From: Methyloprofundus sp.
Lineage (GTDB): Bacteria > Pseudomonadota > Gammaproteobacteria > Methylococcales > Methylomonadaceae
Length of the DNA: 64,000 nt
Direction: 5' to 3'
Assembly (NCBI GenBank): GCA_016592635.1
Contig: AP023240.1
Span: 1,899,630-1,963,629, forward strand
Position 1 is the first letter of the stretch; every line of letters begins with the position of its first letter. A program made the translations under genes and the position numbers. Positions 49,561 through 57,949 of the stretch are shown in pieces. The notes beneath the pieces are model-generated. The model was given only the letters and a program-made list of their open reading frames with translations. It made no database searches and had not been told where the DNA came from.

Positions 49561-49582
49561 TATTATCATAATTATGATAATA
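49561..49582. promoter_or_regulatory. candidate operator, perfect 22-bp palindrome
   Basis: TATTATCATAATTATGATAATA equals its own reverse complement. Its centre is 52 bp from the centre of the first copy. Confidence 0.45.
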
Positions 49583-49778
49583 ATATAACTAGGATGACAT
49601 TTTTTAAATTAAATGGAGGAGACCCTGATAGTGTATCTATTTCCATACTTCATTAATTTAACATAATATACATTATGCGAAGTCTTATAAGGATAGGGCA
49701 TCCCGACATTTTGTCTTTATATAGCTGCTTATTAACTATATGATTAGCAATCACCTGACAACCACTTTAGACTAGCTT

Positions 49779-50900
49779 ATGCGCCACCCTGAGTTTCCTT
49801 TATCTCCTGAACTGATTTACATCAACCATGCAGCCGTTGCACCGTGGCCAAAACGTACCAGCACTGCAGTCAAACACTTTGCTGAACAAAACACCGAATA
49901 CGGATCATCTTATTATTTGGATTGGCTAAAAAAAGAATCGTTATTGCGCAAACAATTACAAACTTTATTAAATGCACCAAGTGTTGATGATATTGCTTTA
50001 GTAAAGAATACCTCTGAAGCACTATCATTTGTTGCCTATGGTTTGGATTGGCATGCTGGTGATAATATTGTATCTAGTGATCAAGAATTTCCCTCTAATC
50101 GTATTGTTTGGCAGTCATTAGCGAATCAAGGCGTGCAATTTCGTGAAGCTGATTTAGCAAGTACGGCATCTCCTGAAGATGCATTGTTTGCATTGGTGGA
50201 TGCAAATACACGCTTACTAACCATTAGTTCCATTCAATTTACGACTGGCTTACGCTTAGATCTAGATAAAATTGGCCAATTTTGTAAACAACATAATATT
50301 TTATTCTGTGTCGATGCCATTCAAAGTTTGGGTGCAGTAGAATTTGATGCACAGGCATGTCAAGCAGATTTTGTGATGGCCGATGGTCATAAATGGATGC
50401 TAGGCCCTGAAGGTTTGGGCGTGTTTTATACGACACCAACCGCTAGAGAAAAATTACGCCTAACTCAATATGGCTGGCATATGATGCAGAATATCCATAA
50501 CTATGAGAATAAGCCTTGGGATATTCATCCAACAGCACAACGCTTTGAATGCGGCAGTCCCAATATGCTGGGTATTCATGCTTTTTCTGCTAGCTTATCC
50601 CTGTTATTGGAATTAGGTATGCCAGCTGTAGAGTTATCTATATTAGAAAATGCTAACTACCTGATGGAGTGTATTAAGAAACGTAAAGACTTAAACCTGC
50701 TAACCAAACAAGATACACCGCTACAATCCGGTATTGTGGTGTTTAAACATAAGACTATTGCTACAGAAACCTTATATGCGTATTTGCAAGAAAATGGTGT
50801 GGTTTGTGCTATGCGTGGAGGCGGAATTCGTTTTTCGGCGCATTTTTATAATTCAAAAGATGAATTGCAACGAGCGATAACTTTAATTCCTACAGCATGA
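49779..50900 (+). CDS. class V aminotransferase-fold PLP enzyme (cysteine desulfurase-like)
   Basis: 373 aa. The PLP-lysine context is ADGHKWMLGPEG, and the overall layout resembles the SufS/CsdA/IscS family. Specificity is unknown. Confidence 0.8.
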   Translation: MRHPEFPLSPELIYINHAAVAPWPKRTSTAVKHFAEQNTEYGSSYYLDWLKKESLLRKQLQTLLNAPSVDDIALVKNTSEALSFVAYGLDWHAGDNIVSSDQEFPSNRIVWQSLANQGVQFREADLASTASPEDALFALVDANTRLLTISSIQFTTGLRLDLDKIGQFCKQHNILFCVDAIQSLGAVEFDAQACQADFVMADGHKWMLGPEGLGVFYTTPTAREKLRLTQYGWHMMQNIHNYENKPWDIHPTAQRFECGSPNMLGIHAFSASLSLLLELGMPAVELSILENANYLMECIKKRKDLNLLTKQDTPLQSGIVVFKHKTIATETLYAYLQENGVVCAMRGGGIRFSAHFYNSKDELQRAITLIPTA

Positions 50901-50969
50901 ATTGGCTAGATACATTACTCATAAAAATGAAAAAATAATGATAAAATAAATCTAATGCATAATATTTTT

Positions 50970-51014
50970 GTAGATGTGGCTTTAGCCGCAATATGCAGAT
51001 AAATCTGCACCTAC
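50970..51014. repeat. REP/BIME-like double hairpin with GTAG heads
   Basis: GTAG-ATGTGGCTTTAGCCGCA lies on the plus strand and GTAG-GTGCAGATTTATCTGCA on the minus strand. They are arranged head-out, between the aminotransferase stop and the pyrF start. Confidence 0.45.
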
Positions 51015-51070
51015 GTGAGTTCCCTGCAACATTATAATACCCTTCCCTATTTCACAAACTCAACCCAACT

Positions 51071-51793
51071 ATGACCCAACAATTTATTTCAACTAAAGCC
51101 ATTCCTACTAACGAGCGTTTAATTATGGCGCTAGACTTTCCCAGTATTCCTGAAGCACAGGCCATGGTTGAAAAGCTTGGTGATTCAGTCGTGTTTTATA
51201 AGGTCGGGATGGAAATATTTATGTCGGGCGACTATTTTGCTTTTATCGAATGGCTGAAAGCAAAAGATAAAAAGATCTTTGTTGATTTAAAGTTCTTTGA
51301 TATTCCAGCGACTGTTGGTCGTGCCATTAAAGCCTTAAGTAGTAAAGGTGTTGATATGGCGACCATTCATGGTAATGATTCCATGATGGAAGCTGCCGCA
51401 AAAGACAAAGGCAACTTAAAAGTATTGGCAGTTACCGCCTTAACCAGCTTGGATCGAGGTGATTTGGATGATTTGGGCTTTGGCTGTGATGTGCAGCAAT
51501 TGGTGTTATCTCGTGCAAAACGAGCTTTAAATATTGGTTGTGATGGTATTGTCTCTTCAGGGTTGGAAGTACCGATGATTCGTGAAAAACTAGACAATAA
51601 ATTACTCGTGATTACACCAGGTGTACGTCCAGTTGATAATCGTGTGGAAGATGATCAAAAACGCGTGGTGACTGTTGAGCAAGCATTTCAAAATGGAGCT
51701 GATTATATCGTTATTGGTCGTCCCATTAGGGATGCCGAAGATTGCAAAGCGATGGCAGAAAAAATTCAAGAGCAGATTGCATCACAGTTTTAG
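51071..51793 (+). CDS. pyrF: orotidine 5'-phosphate decarboxylase
   Basis: 240 aa with the DLKFFDIPATV catalytic block and the C-terminal ADYIVIGRPI block. Confidence 0.92.
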   Translation: MTQQFISTKAIPTNERLIMALDFPSIPEAQAMVEKLGDSVVFYKVGMEIFMSGDYFAFIEWLKAKDKKIFVDLKFFDIPATVGRAIKALSSKGVDMATIHGNDSMMEAAAKDKGNLKVLAVTALTSLDRGDLDDLGFGCDVQQLVLSRAKRALNIGCDGIVSSGLEVPMIREKLDNKLLVITPGVRPVDNRVEDDQKRVVTVEQAFQNGADYIVIGRPIRDAEDCKAMAEKIQEQIASQF

Positions 51794-51920
51794 TTCCTCG
51801 AGTACAGTTTAAGCTTATGTGTGGGGTTACGTTATCTGCGAACCATTTAAGTGCAGCCTGCTACCGCAGCAAAGACTATTGTAAGGTTATTTACAATGTA
51901 TCGACTTATATACGTCCCCA

Positions 51921-52574
51921 TTGCTAAATACCATTATGTTTAAAATAATTAGTGCTTTACTACTTTCCTGCTCATTGAATGTTTACGCAGCCCCTAATTA
52001 TGTCAGTGATTTTGCCGATCAAACTTTAAATGATTGGCAAACTAAATCATTTAAAGGTAGCACTCAATACCAAGTCACTCAACTTAATACCCAAAATGTA
52101 CTAGAGGCAGTCAGTAACCAATCGGCCTCTAGTTTATATAAAAACATGCGTATTGATTTACAGAAAACACCTTATTTAAATTGGTCTTGGCGTATTGATA
52201 AGCGTTTGAGCATTACTAATGAACAAAGCAAACAAGGTGATGATTTTGCCGCGCGTATTTATTTGATTATTAAAGGTGAATGGTTTTTTTGGCAAACCAA
52301 AGCCATCAATTATGTCTGGTCTAGTCATCATCCTAAACAAGCAAGCTGGCCTAACCCGTTTGCCGGCGAAAATGTCATGATGTTGGCATTACGCAATAAT
52401 ACTGATAACACTGCACAGTGGTACACAGAAAAACGTAATGTTTTAGTTGATTTACAACAAGTTTTTGGAGAACCTATCCAGTATATTGATGGTATTGCCA
52501 TTATGACCGATACCGATAATGCGAGCGGTAATGCGCACAGTTATTACAGTCATATTTATTTTAGTGAGCAATAA
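51921..52574 (+). CDS. secreted DUF3047-family protein
   Basis: 217 aa with a signal peptide ending NVYA-AP. The GDDFAARIYLII block matches DUF3047 as I remember it. The start is uncertain (non-ATG codon at 51921 versus ATG at 51936). Confidence 0.6.
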   Translation: MLNTIMFKIISALLLSCSLNVYAAPNYVSDFADQTLNDWQTKSFKGSTQYQVTQLNTQNVLEAVSNQSASSLYKNMRIDLQKTPYLNWSWRIDKRLSITNEQSKQGDDFAARIYLIIKGEWFFWQTKAINYVWSSHHPKQASWPNPFAGENVMMLALRNNTDNTAQWYTEKRNVLVDLQQVFGEPIQYIDGIAIMTDTDNASGNAHSYYSHIYFSEQ

Positions 52575-52577
52575 GCA

Positions 52578-53540
52578 ATGCATGATACCCGTGAATATCT
52601 TGAACCTAGCGACTTTCCATCTATCAAGCGTAATACCACCGAAGTACTGCAGGTCAATTTAGGGTATTTATGTAACCTCAGTTGTTTGCATTGCCATGTG
52701 AATGCTGGGCCAACGCGTACTGAGTTAATGAGCAAAGCTAATATAGACCAGCTTATTGCTCTGTTTACCAAACATAGTAGTATTCATACCTTAGACTTAA
52801 CAGGTGGTGCACCTGAAATGCACCCACATTTTAAAACCTTGGTGGTCGCCGCAAGACAGCATGACATAAAAGTGATTGATCGCTGTAATTTGGTCATTTT
52901 AGAAGAACCTGAATACTCGGATTTGGCTGAATTTCTTTACACTAACCAAGTGGAAGTAACTGCCTCCCTACCCTGCTATTTAGAAGATAATGTTGATGCA
53001 CAACGAGGCAAAGGCGTGTTCGCCAAAAGTTTGGCAGCACTGCAAAAACTTAATGAATTAGGCTATGGTCAAGAAAATAGCCCTTATATTTTAAACTTGG
53101 TTTTTAACCCACAAGGTGCGCAACTACCACCTAACCAAACTGAACTTGAACAAGCCTATAAACAGCATTTGCTTACCCATTATAATATTCGTTTTAACCA
53201 GCTGTATGCAGTCACTAATATGCCTATTCAGCGTTTTGGTAGTACTTTAATTAGTAAAGGCCAGTTTGATAATTACTTAACATTGCTCAAAGAGAGTTAT
53301 TGCGCTGCTAACCTTGATTCTGTCATGTGTAAAAATACAATCAGCATTGATTGGCAAGGCTATGTTTATGATTGTGACTTTAACCAAATGTTGGATTTAC
53401 CTTTAGGGGCAGCTTCCCAAAAAATACATTTTACTGCTCTGGATATAGCAGGCTTATCGGATGCCAATATTGCAGTGCGCCAGCATTGTTATGGATGTAC
53501 GGCTGGGCAAGGTAGTAGCTGTGGTGGCTCGTTGGCTTAA
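52578..53540 (+). CDS. radical SAM / Cys-rich domain protein (ArsS / TIGR04167 family)
   Basis: 320 aa with the CX3CX2C cluster CNLSCLHC. The C-terminal Cys-rich domain ends HCYGCTAGQGSSCGGS. It starts 3 nt after the DUF3047 stop. Confidence 0.8.
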   Translation: MHDTREYLEPSDFPSIKRNTTEVLQVNLGYLCNLSCLHCHVNAGPTRTELMSKANIDQLIALFTKHSSIHTLDLTGGAPEMHPHFKTLVVAARQHDIKVIDRCNLVILEEPEYSDLAEFLYTNQVEVTASLPCYLEDNVDAQRGKGVFAKSLAALQKLNELGYGQENSPYILNLVFNPQGAQLPPNQTELEQAYKQHLLTHYNIRFNQLYAVTNMPIQRFGSTLISKGQFDNYLTLLKESYCAANLDSVMCKNTISIDWQGYVYDCDFNQMLDLPLGAASQKIHFTALDIAGLSDANIAVRQHCYGCTAGQGSSCGGSLA

Positions 53541-53680
53541 TCTATATTATTTCGCCGACTCCATCAAGGTTGTCCTGCTCTTGCGAGTCATTACGTATCT
53601 AATAAGCAGGTACTTCACTCTACCCGCCTAAAAAATGCTAGATTAATGAATTCTACAGTGATTTTTACATCTCTACAGGC

Positions 53681-53853
53681 AAGGTTTATACAGAATTCTG
53701 GGCTATGATAATGATGAGAAATACTTAGCCAGAAAGCAGAAAAACAGGCGATTTATCAGAAATACAATTTTAATTTGATTGAACTGACAGATGAGGAAGT
53801 GTTAAATTTGGATGATATTTTTCCTAGGCTGTTGTTGAAGTTTGGGGTACAGG
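53681..53853 (+). pseudogene. degenerate 3' remnant of a gene cut by IS insertion (nuclease/helicase-associated C-terminus, tentative)
   Basis: The reading KVYTEFW / GYDNDEKYLARKQKNRRFIRNTILI / LIELTDEEVLNLDDIFPRLLLKFGVQ needs three frames. After in-silico excision of the IS it would end ...FGVQAY-stop at 60029-60031. Confidence 0.3.
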
Positions 53854-54123
53854 CTAGGCTGTCGAAATATAGCATAAAAATTTTAAATGGTCATAAAATT
53901 CAATACCTTGAAACACACATCCCGATTAAAAAGCGATATGTCGCTTCGGTTCAGCTCTTTAATTTGCCTCATTTATTGAATCATCAATCACTTACAGCTA
54001 TTTTGAAGCATTAACTTTACCATAATTCAGTTATATTTCTCATTGAGGTTTATTATGTTATGGATTATATTTAATCTAACTTGATAATTAATTATCTGGG
54101 GACAAAAGTCCCATAAATAAAGT

Positions 54124-55031
54124 GTGAGACATCTCCAACCCATGGTTCAACTATCAAAAATCATACACAGCCGCGACAACTGGAAACGCACAACGATTGA
54201 ATGCCGCTACGAAATACGAGAATTCAAAAAAACCAAACAACGTCATCTCAAAAAAATTGCAGAACTTAAGCAAGAAAATCTTGAGTTGAAACAACAGGCA
54301 CTTGAGGTAAAAAAAACACCATTGTAATGTGAAAAGAGGTGCAGAGAATGTAAAAACCACGGCTCCTGTTGAGGTAGAAAAGCGTTCGCCGCCTATTGAT
54401 ATAAAGGATGCAGATCAAACACGTGTTCTTTGTGTGTTGCTAACATTGAATGCCGTTGTTTCTTATCGTAGCGTTCCACGTATTCTTGAGTTGTTTAAGT
54501 CAAAAACAAACTATGCAGTCAGCTGGATCCCTCATTTTACTTCTGTGATCAACTGGAGTTTGCGCCTAGGATTAGGATGCCTGACACAAGTACAAGCAAT
54601 CACTAAACCCTGGGTTGCCATTATTGATCATTCTATTGATATAGGGACTAAAAAAGCCTTGGTTGTTCTACGAGTTGAAGTGGATACCTTGTCAAAACGG
54701 GGAGCTGCCGTTCGGCTGGAAGACTGTGAATGCATTGGTCTCACAATCTCCGAAAAAGTCACTGGCGATACTCTTTACCTTGAATTTGAAGAAATTTTTA
54801 ATCGTGCAGGTAAACCGTTGGCCATCATAAAAGATAGAGATGCCACCCTTAATAAAGGTGTTCGGCTATGGTCAAATCAACAAGAAGTCCCGGTACCTAC
54901 GATTGATGATATAGGTCATACGATAGCCACTGCGCTTAAAGCACAATTTGAGAAACTGGATATTTATAAACGATTCACTGCATTAATCAGTCATGGAGCA
55001 AAATGTATGCGGCAAACTGAACTCGCCTTTC
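54124..55031 (+). pseudogene. transposase of element H, 5' part (ORF1 54124-54327, ORF2 from 54329), interrupted at 55031
   Basis: ORF1 is coiled-coil-like (KKIAELKQENLELKQQALEVKK) and ends just after an A8 run (54309-54316). ORF2 is open in another frame from 54311. The last 8 residues of the track ORF (WFNKTGHF) are IS3 sequence. Confidence 0.65.
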
Positions 55032-55089
55032 TGAAATGGTTTAATAAAACAGGACACTTCTAAAGACAGATTTATAATGTCCATTAGAG

Positions 55090-55398
55090 GTGAATATGAG
55101 TAAGCAAACTAAACCAAAAAGACCTGTATATAATCTTGAATTCAAACAAGATGCAGCCAAATTAGTCATTGAGAAAGGATATACCCACCAACAAGCCGCA
55201 GACAGCTTGGGCGTGTCCTTAAGTGCGATTGGACGCTGGGTTAGAGCAGAACGAGGACCGACAGTCGAAACAAAGTCAACGCCTACGTTGTCCGGTCAAG
55301 CTGAGTTAATCAAGTTACGCAAGGAAGTCGAACAGTTGCGTATGGAGCGCGAAATATTAAAAAAGGCAGCGGTCTTCTTTGCGAAAGAAGTCGAGTAA
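55090..55398 (+). CDS. IS3-family OrfA (HTH) of the outer element
   Basis: 102 aa with NLEFKQDAAKLVIEKGYTHQQAADSLGVSLSAIGRWV and a leucine zipper. The slippery A_AAA_AAG lies at 55359-55365 in the correct phase. Confidence 0.8.
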   Translation: MNMSKQTKPKRPVYNLEFKQDAAKLVIEKGYTHQQAADSLGVSLSAIGRWVRAERGPTVETKSTPTLSGQAELIKLRKEVEQLRMEREILKKAAVFFAKEVE

Positions 55399-55578
55399 AA
55401 TATGTATTTATTCGAGAGCAACAGAAGACCTACCCCGTTAAAGTATTATGTCGGGTTATGAGAGTCAGTACCAGTGCTTTTTATGCATGGAATCAGCAGC
55501 CTGAAATCCCCCTGTGTCAGGATAGTTGTCGCCCAAATTAATTTCATAACTAAACAGGGGGCGGTATGATGACAACAA

Positions 55579-56076
55579 ATGGGAACTCAACATTATTCAA
55601 AGCAGTTTAAAGAAGCGATCATTAAAAAGCTGAATCAAAGTGAACTATCTCTCAGGCAGTTTGCCAAACAAGAAAGCATGAATCCTTCTACGCTTTATAA
55701 ATGGAAAGAAGAATTTAAAATATCAGGATTGTCCGTGTCAAAAGAAATTCCCCCTGAACAATGGTCAGCGGAAGAAAAATTTGCAGTCGTTTTAGAAATA
55801 GCGACCTTATCTGAAATTGAAGTAAGCGAATATTGTCGAAGCAAAGGTTTGTATCCAGAGCAGATAAATACTTGGAAGCAAGCGTGCATAGCAGGTAATG
55901 TACGCCAGGCAGGTAACAAGAAGGCCCTGCAGGCAGCCACTAAATCCGATAAAAAACGGATAAAAGAGTTAGAAAAAGAGCTCAACAGAAAAGAAAAAGC
56001 CTTGGCAGAAACGGCAGCCTTACTGGTGCTTAGAAAAAAGTTCAATGCCTATTGGGGAGAAGACGAGGACAATTGA
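55579..56076 (+). CDS. IS3-family OrfA (double HTH) of the inner element
   Basis: 165 aa with two HTH-like segments (LSLRQFAKQESMNPSTLYKWK and EVSEYCRSKGLYPEQINTWK) and a C-terminal coiled coil. Confidence 0.85.
   Translation: MGTQHYSKQFKEAIIKKLNQSELSLRQFAKQESMNPSTLYKWKEEFKISGLSVSKEIPPEQWSAEEKFAVVLEIATLSEIEVSEYCRSKGLYPEQINTWKQACIAGNVRQAGNKKALQAATKSDKKRIKELEKELNRKEKALAETAALLVLRKKFNAYWGEDEDN
56034..56040 (+). promoter_or_regulatory. -1 programmed ribosomal frameshift heptamer A_AAA_AAG
   Basis: AGA AAA AAG is in the OrfA phase (codons at 56032, 56035 and 56038). OrfB is open in the -1 frame across this site. Confidence 0.7.
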
Positions 56077-57116
56077 CCTTACTCGCTGATAGGCAGCACT
56101 ATGAAGAATTGATTAATGAAGCCATTTTGGCAGGCGCAAGAAAACATAAGGCTTGCGAGATCATAGGGCTATCAGTGCGGACGTTGCAGCGATGGCAATC
56201 CGAAGGTGAAATATCGGCAGATAAACGCCCGATGGCGAAGCGCCCGGAGCCCACCAACAAGCTAACCGCAGAGGAAAGGCAATTGATCATTGAAACCTGT
56301 AACTTGGAAGAGTTTTCTTCATTGCCGCCCAGTCAAATCGTACCGATATTGGCCGACAGAGGAGAATACATTGCTTCCGAATCAAGCTTTTACCGTGTAT
56401 TAAAGGAAGAAGGCATGTTGCATCACAGAGGAAAGGCAAAGGTCAGAAATGGCCATAATAAACCGACAAGTTACACGGCCAAGAAAGCTAATGAAGTATG
56501 GAGCTGGGATATTAGTTATTTACCCACCACCGTCATAGGTCAGCATTATTACCTCTATATGATAGAAGACATATACAGTCGAAAAGTGGTTGGCTGGGAA
56601 GTGCATGCCAATGAAACGGGAGAACAGGCGGCAGAGTTGCTGGAGCGTAGCATTTGGTCAGAAAAATGCAGAAAACAGGATCTGGTTTTACACTCGGATA
56701 ATGGTGCACCAATGAAGAGCCTTACCATGCAAGCAAAAATGCATGATTTGGGTGTCATTAGTTCCCGTAGTCGACCACGGGTCAGTAATGACAACCCGTA
56801 TTCCGAATCATTATTTAGAACGGTAAAATATTGCCCGCGGTGGCCATCTGAAGGGTTTGATTCTTTAGAGGGCGCAAGACAATGGGTACAAGGTTTTGTG
56901 TATTGGTACAACAATGAGCATCGCCATAGTCGAATCAAATTTGTTACACCCAACCAAAGACATGAAGGGCTTGATGCTGAGATATTGAAGAAGCGAGAAG
57001 TGCTGTATCAACAAAAAAGAAATGAGCATCCAGAACGATGGTCTGGAGGTATAAGAAACTGGGAGCCGGAAGGTGCTGTGGAGCTAAATCCAGAGCAAAA
57101 TAAAGAGGCTGCTTAA
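56052..57116 (+). CDS. IS3-family OrfB (rve integrase core, DDE) of the inner element
   Basis: Contains WSWDISYLPT, LVLHSDNGAPMKS and RVSNDNPYSESLFRTVKY...YNNEHRHS. It is probably made as an OrfAB fusion. Confidence 0.88.
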   Translation: MGRRRGQLTLLADRQHYEELINEAILAGARKHKACEIIGLSVRTLQRWQSEGEISADKRPMAKRPEPTNKLTAEERQLIIETCNLEEFSSLPPSQIVPILADRGEYIASESSFYRVLKEEGMLHHRGKAKVRNGHNKPTSYTAKKANEVWSWDISYLPTTVIGQHYYLYMIEDIYSRKVVGWEVHANETGEQAAELLERSIWSEKCRKQDLVLHSDNGAPMKSLTMQAKMHDLGVISSRSRPRVSNDNPYSESLFRTVKYCPRWPSEGFDSLEGARQWVQGFVYWYNNEHRHSRIKFVTPNQRHEGLDAEILKKREVLYQQKRNEHPERWSGGIRNWEPEGAVELNPEQNKEAA

Positions 57117-57149
57117 AAAATTTAGGCGACAACTGCCTTGAAAAACACC

Positions 57150-57911
57150 GAAATGACAGAAAAAAACAGAGAAAGAGAGGCGTTTGATATCAAAGTGCAC
57201 AATATTTTTGAGGAGAACAGAAGAATTTATGGGTCACGCCGCATATCTAAGGCACTGAAAGAACAAGGTATAAATGCGGGACGCTATAAAGTCAGGCAGG
57301 CAATGGCATGATTAGGTCTTGAGGTGCGCTACCCTAAGAAATTTAAAGTGACAACTGACAGTGATCATAATCATTCAATTTCACCGAATACGCTGAATCG
57401 TGAATTTGAGGTAACAGAGCCTAATAAGGTCTGGACAACGGATATAACGTATGTGTGGACACTTGAAGGCTGGCTCTATGTTGCTGTTGTCATTGATTTA
57501 TTTTCTCGGCAGGCTGTGGGCTGGGCGGTTGATGATCATATGCGAACATCATTATGCGTCAGAGCACTACAAATGGCTTTTTGGAGAAAAAAACCAGCAC
57601 CAGGTGTACTGCATCACTCGGATAGAGGGAGTCAATATGCTAGCTACGAGTATCGTCAACACCTAGATATCATGCAAATGCAGCAGAGTATGAGTCGTAA
57701 AGGGAACTGTTGGGACAATGCACCAACAGAACGCTTTTTCCGCAGTCTTAAGCATGAGGAGTTAAATTACAACAACTTTAGAACCAAAGAAGCAGCAAAG
57801 CTAAGTATTATTGATTATTTAGCTTTTTATAACGGCAAACGTACTCACTCAAAACTTGGTTATCAATCACCATTACAATTTGAGCGAGAATTTTATAGGG
57901 AAGCGTCTTAA
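57150..57911 (+). pseudogene. OrfB of the outer IS3 (3' part), with an in-frame stop
   Basis: Reads (E)MTEKNREREAFDIKVHNIFEENRRIYGSRRISKAL...RQAMA-TGA(57309-57311)-LGLEV..., then the rve core (WTTDITYVWT, VLHSDRGSQY, CWDNAPTERFF). The 5' part lies at about 55398-55507. Confidence 0.8.
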
Positions 57912-57949
57912 AAAAGTGTCCGGTTTTTGTTGACCATTACATTCTCATG

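Larger units (their letters stand above)
55508..57149 (+). mobile_element. IS3-family element (inner), apparently intact
   Basis: Subterminal inverted repeats are CAGGATAGTTGTCGCCCAAATT and AATTTAGGCGACAACTGCCTTG. The candidate 5-bp duplication GAAAT (55503-55507 and 57150-57154) restores the outer orfB frame on excision. The exact tips are uncertain by a few nt. Confidence 0.7.
55032..57941 (+). mobile_element. IS3-family element (outer), itself interrupted
   Basis: Ends TGAAATGGTTTAATAAAACAGGACAC and GTGTCCGGTTTTTGTTGACCATTACA form imperfect inverted repeats with TG...CA termini. The 3-bp direct repeat TTC lies at 55029-55031 and 57942-57944. Own length is about 1268 bp without the inner IS. 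Confidence 0.8.

Noticed and set aside
49509-49582. Direct repeats that might have been a mini CRISPR or iteron array.
   Set aside because: There are only two copies. The units are themselves palindromic, extremely AT-rich and 52 bp apart, with no further repeats. They fit operators, not CRISPR.
50970-51014. tRNA-like or cloverleaf appearance (outer stem plus two hairpins).
   Set aside because: It is only 45 nt. It has no third arm, no anticodon-loop geometry and no T-loop GTTCRA or D-loop consensus.
53775-54014. 79-aa ORF in the track (MIELTDEEVLNLDD...).
   Set aside because: It is a chimera. The first 26 codons are the tail of a decayed gene. From codon 27 it reads across the left terminal repeat of element H (boundary at 53853/53854).
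57451-57666. 71-aa ORF overlapping the outer IS3 orfB in another frame. Small ORFs inside the other transposase genes (55695-56045, 56555-56953, 62103-62288, 47428-47671) are similar.
   Set aside because: They are embedded in recognisable transposase reading frames and have no independent support.
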